The notes under the pieces: model-generated
The model's database searches: none
The model's input: the letters and a program-made list of their open reading frames with translations, nothing else
Told to the model about the DNA's origin: nothing
Program-made: the position numbers and the translations under genes
DNA from: Pseudomonadota bacterium
Lineage (GTDB): Bacteria > Pseudomonadota > Gammaproteobacteria > Burkholderiales > JABEVD01
NCBI GenBank assembly: GCA_021806605.1
Contig: JAJZQY010000001.1
Location: forward strand, 16,937-80,936
Direction of reading: 5' to 3'
DNA length: 64,000 nucleotides
Shown here: positions 61,550-64,000 of the stretch, piece by piece
Numbering within the stretch: the first letter of the stretch is position 1
How the letters are laid out: every line of letters begins with the position of its first letter

Positions 61550-64000
61550 GCGTTGTTCGCCCGGAGGATCGCCTCGAATTCGGAAGATGGAAGCGGCCTG
61601 GAAAAGAAATAGCCTTGTCCGTAATCGCAGCCGGCTTCCTGAAGGAGGCACTTCTGCTCCATCGTCTCCACGCCTTCGGCGATCACCTTGAGTCCCAGCT
61701 TGTGGGCCATCACGATGATCGCCTCCGAAAGCGCCATATCGCTCGCATCGGTCGCCAAATCGCGAATGAAGGACTGGTCTATCTTCAGGTAGTCGATGTC
61801 GAATTTCTTGAGATAGGAAAGGGCCGAATAGCCCGTTCCGAAATCGTCTATCGCGACCTGTATGCCGGCATCCCTGAAATGGATCAGCTTGTCGGTGATG
61901 CCGGAATCCGCATTGAGCAGCAGGCTTTCCGTTATCTCGATGACCACATTCTGCCCGGAAAGGTCGAGCGCCTGAAGATGATCCAGCCAGGGCGCTATGC
62001 CGCCCGCTTCGTTCTGGAACTGGACCGGAGACCCGTTAACGCTGACCTGAAAATCGCTGCATAGGCTTACCCAGCGATTCGCCCAGCGGGAAGCTTCCCT
62101 GAATACCCAGTCGCCGATTTCGACGATCAGCCCCGTTTCCTCGGCAAGCGGAACAAATTCCATGGGACTGACCATTCCCCGCTGCGGATGCTGCCAGCGC
62201 AGCAGGGCTTCCGCCTTGTTGATGCGTCCCGACGAAAGATCCACGATGGGCTGGAAATAGAGCACGAACTGGCCTGCAGCCAGCGCGCCGCGCAGGTCGT
62301 TGAGGAGCCGCAGCCTAGACTGCGCCTTCTCCTGCATGGCATTGGTGAAATAGCTCAGACGGTTGCGTCCGGTATTCTTCGCCACGTACATCGCCTGGTC
62401 GGCATTGCGCAGAAGCTGTTCCACTTCGAGCGCGTCGTTCGGATAGAAGGTGATCCCGACGCTCGCGGAAACATAGGCCATTTCATCGCCCAGCAGGAAA
62501 GGGTCGGCGAGCTTCGCAATGATGTTCTGCGCGATCTTCTGCACATGGTTGGTGTTCGGAAGCTCGGAAAGGATGACCGTGAACTCGTCCCCGCCCAGGC
62601 GCGCAACGGTGTCCGATTCGCGCACGCAGGAAACAATGCGCCTTGCCGCCTCGACGAGCAGGATGTCGCCGGTCTGATGGCCCAATGTGTCGTTGATTTC
62701 CTTGAAACGGTCGAGATCGATGAAAAGCAGGGCGAGCATCGAATCCCCCCCGCGATGTGCCTTCTTGACCTCCCGTTCCAGCCTGTCGTAGAACATCCGC
62801 CTGTTGGGAAGCCCGGTGAGCAGATCGTAGTTCGCCTGCCGCCATATCAGCTCGTCGGTGCGCACCTTGTCGGTGATATCCGAAAAAAGCGCGACATAAC
62901 GGTGTACGGTGCCACCGTCATTCTGGATGGTATTGATGGTCAGCCACTCGGGATAGATTTCGCCGTTCTTGCGCCGGTTCCATATCTCGCCCTGCCATAT
63001 GCCCGTGGTTTCGATCTCGCGCCATAGAATCTTGTAGAAATCAAGGTCGTGGCGTCCCGAGCTCAGCATGCTCGGGTTTCGCCCGAGCACCTCGTCCAGA
63101 CCGTAGCCCGTGATCTGGGTGAATGCCTGGTTGATGGCGATGATGCGGTTCTCCTCGTCCGTCACCATCATCGCCTCGCTGGTATTTCGGTAAACCATCG
63201 ACGCGAGCTCCAGCTCGTCTTCGATGCGCTTGCGTTCGATGGCAATGCCGACAAGATTGGCCGTGCTTTCGATCAGGGCCGTATCCGCTTCGCTCGGCGC
63301 GCCGGGAGTGCGGCGATAAATGGCGAAGGTGCCCAAAACCTTGCCGGAAGAAGCACCAAATATCGGCTCGGACCAGCAGGATGCCAGGCCAGCCCGAGCG
63401 GCCATTGCCTTGTAGTTTTTCCAGTAAGGGTGGCTCTGGATATCCTCGACAACGACGCGCTTGCCGATATGTGCTGCCGTGCCGCATGAACCCACGCCCG
63501 GGCCGATTTCCACGCCGTTGATCGCTGCGTTGTAAAATTCCGGCAGGCTGGGTGCGGCGCCGGTCAGAAGACGCCGACCCTTTTCGTCCAGCAGCAAAAT
63601 CGAGCAAAGCATGTCCGGGTTTTCCTCTTCCACGCCATGCACCACGAGTGCCATGATTTCACGAAGCGATCGGCCTTTGGCGAGAAACTCGAGGGCGCGA
63701 TTGCGCACTCTTTCCCTGTGCTCGACGCGCCTGCGCCCGGTGATGTTCTCGACGACCGCCACAGTGTAGTCGAGGTCTCCGTCTGCCTTGCGCACTGCAC
63801 GGATCGCGATGTGGACGTAAACGACCTCCCCTCCCTTGCGGATGAAGCGCTTGTCCAAGGCATATTCGTCGATCTCGCCGGAGAGAATCCGATCGAACAA
63901 TGCCTCGTTTTTCGCAAGATCGTCTCCGTGCGTGAGCTGCGCCCAATTCATGGAAACAAGTTCTTCGCGAGAATAGCCCAGCATGTCGCAAAGCGCATCG
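61546..64000 (-). CDS. PAS-GAF-PAS-GGDEF-EAL c-di-GMP enzyme (5' end outside window)
   Basis: PAS/PAC segments, GAF (GSCGTAA), RESD I-site + GGDEF, EAL, DDFGTG, AEGVET. Confidence 0.93.
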   Translation of the reverse strand, partial: DALCDMLGYSREELVSMNWAQLTHGDDLAKNEALFDRILSGEIDEYALDKRFIRKGGEVVYVHIAIRAVRKADGDLDYTVAVVENITGRRRVEHRERVRNRALEFLAKGRSLREIMALVVHGVEEENPDMLCSILLLDEKGRRLLTGAAPSLPEFYNAAINGVEIGPGVGSCGTAAHIGKRVVVEDIQSHPYWKNYKAMAARAGLASCWSEPIFGASSGKVLGTFAIYRRTPGAPSEADTALIESTANLVGIAIERKRIEDELELASMVYRNTSEAMMVTDEENRIIAINQAFTQITGYGLDEVLGRNPSMLSSGRHDLDFYKILWREIETTGIWQGEIWNRRKNGEIYPEWLTINTIQNDGGTVHRYVALFSDITDKVRTDELIWRQANYDLLTGLPNRRMFYDRLEREVKKAHRGGDSMLALLFIDLDRFKEINDTLGHQTGDILLVEAARRIVSCVRESDTVARLGGDEFTVILSELPNTNHVQKIAQNIIAKLADPFLLGDEMAYVSASVGITFYPNDALEVEQLLRNADQAMYVAKNTGRNRLSYFTNAMQEKAQSRLRLLNDLRGALAAGQFVLYFQPIVDLSSGRINKAEALLRWQHPQRGMVSPMEFVPLAEETGLIVEIGDWVFREASRWANRWVSLCSDFQVSVNGSPVQFQNEAGGIAPWLDHLQALDLSGQNVVIEITESLLLNADSGITDKLIHFRDAGIQVAIDDFGTGYSALSYLKKFDIDYLKIDQSFIRDLATDASDMALSEAIIVMAHKLGLKVIAEGVETMEQKCLLQEAGCDYGQGYFFSRPLPSSEFEAILRANNA

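Overview
Chromosomal window of a GC-rich betaproteobacterium (Burkholderiales/Nitrosomonadales-like gene order; this is an inference). Most of it is housekeeping: selD/selU, a Burkholderia-type L-Ara4N (arn) lipid A modification cluster, bcp-phoH2, mlaA, nnr, purL, ppiC-bolA-yciI-ispZ, aat-bpt-pyrD-ald-rnf/rsxABCDGE-nth, cheR/cheB, hpnC, tadA, arsR-arsC-acr3, radA-alr-lplT, udg-rimI-tsaB, ispD-ispF-thpR and a partial PAS/GAF-GGDEF-EAL gene. Three accessory areas stand out. (1) An integrase-free insertion hot spot after purL (21.2-26.5 kb) holds an aldo/keto reductase remnant, higBA and a Gabija-type OLD nuclease + UvrD pair. It is divided into cassette-like segments by three clusters of the same degenerate palindromic unit (about AATGDCCG-N14/15-CGGHCATT, mostly ~45-46 bp period). 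(2) An alpha/beta hydrolase with a Cys nucleophile motif (GLCIG) is co-oriented with an extra ACP and FabF. (3) A patchwork at 42-54 kb contains a candidate 33-aa membrane peptide, a candidate three-way-junction RNA, a porin, an encapsulated-ferritin remnant, a P-type ATPase, a collapsed IS5-type end palindrome and a PP2C-kinase with sigma54/NtrC sites. No tRNA, rRNA, CRISPR array or intact transposase/integrase was seen. All family assignments come from motif recognition, not database searches.
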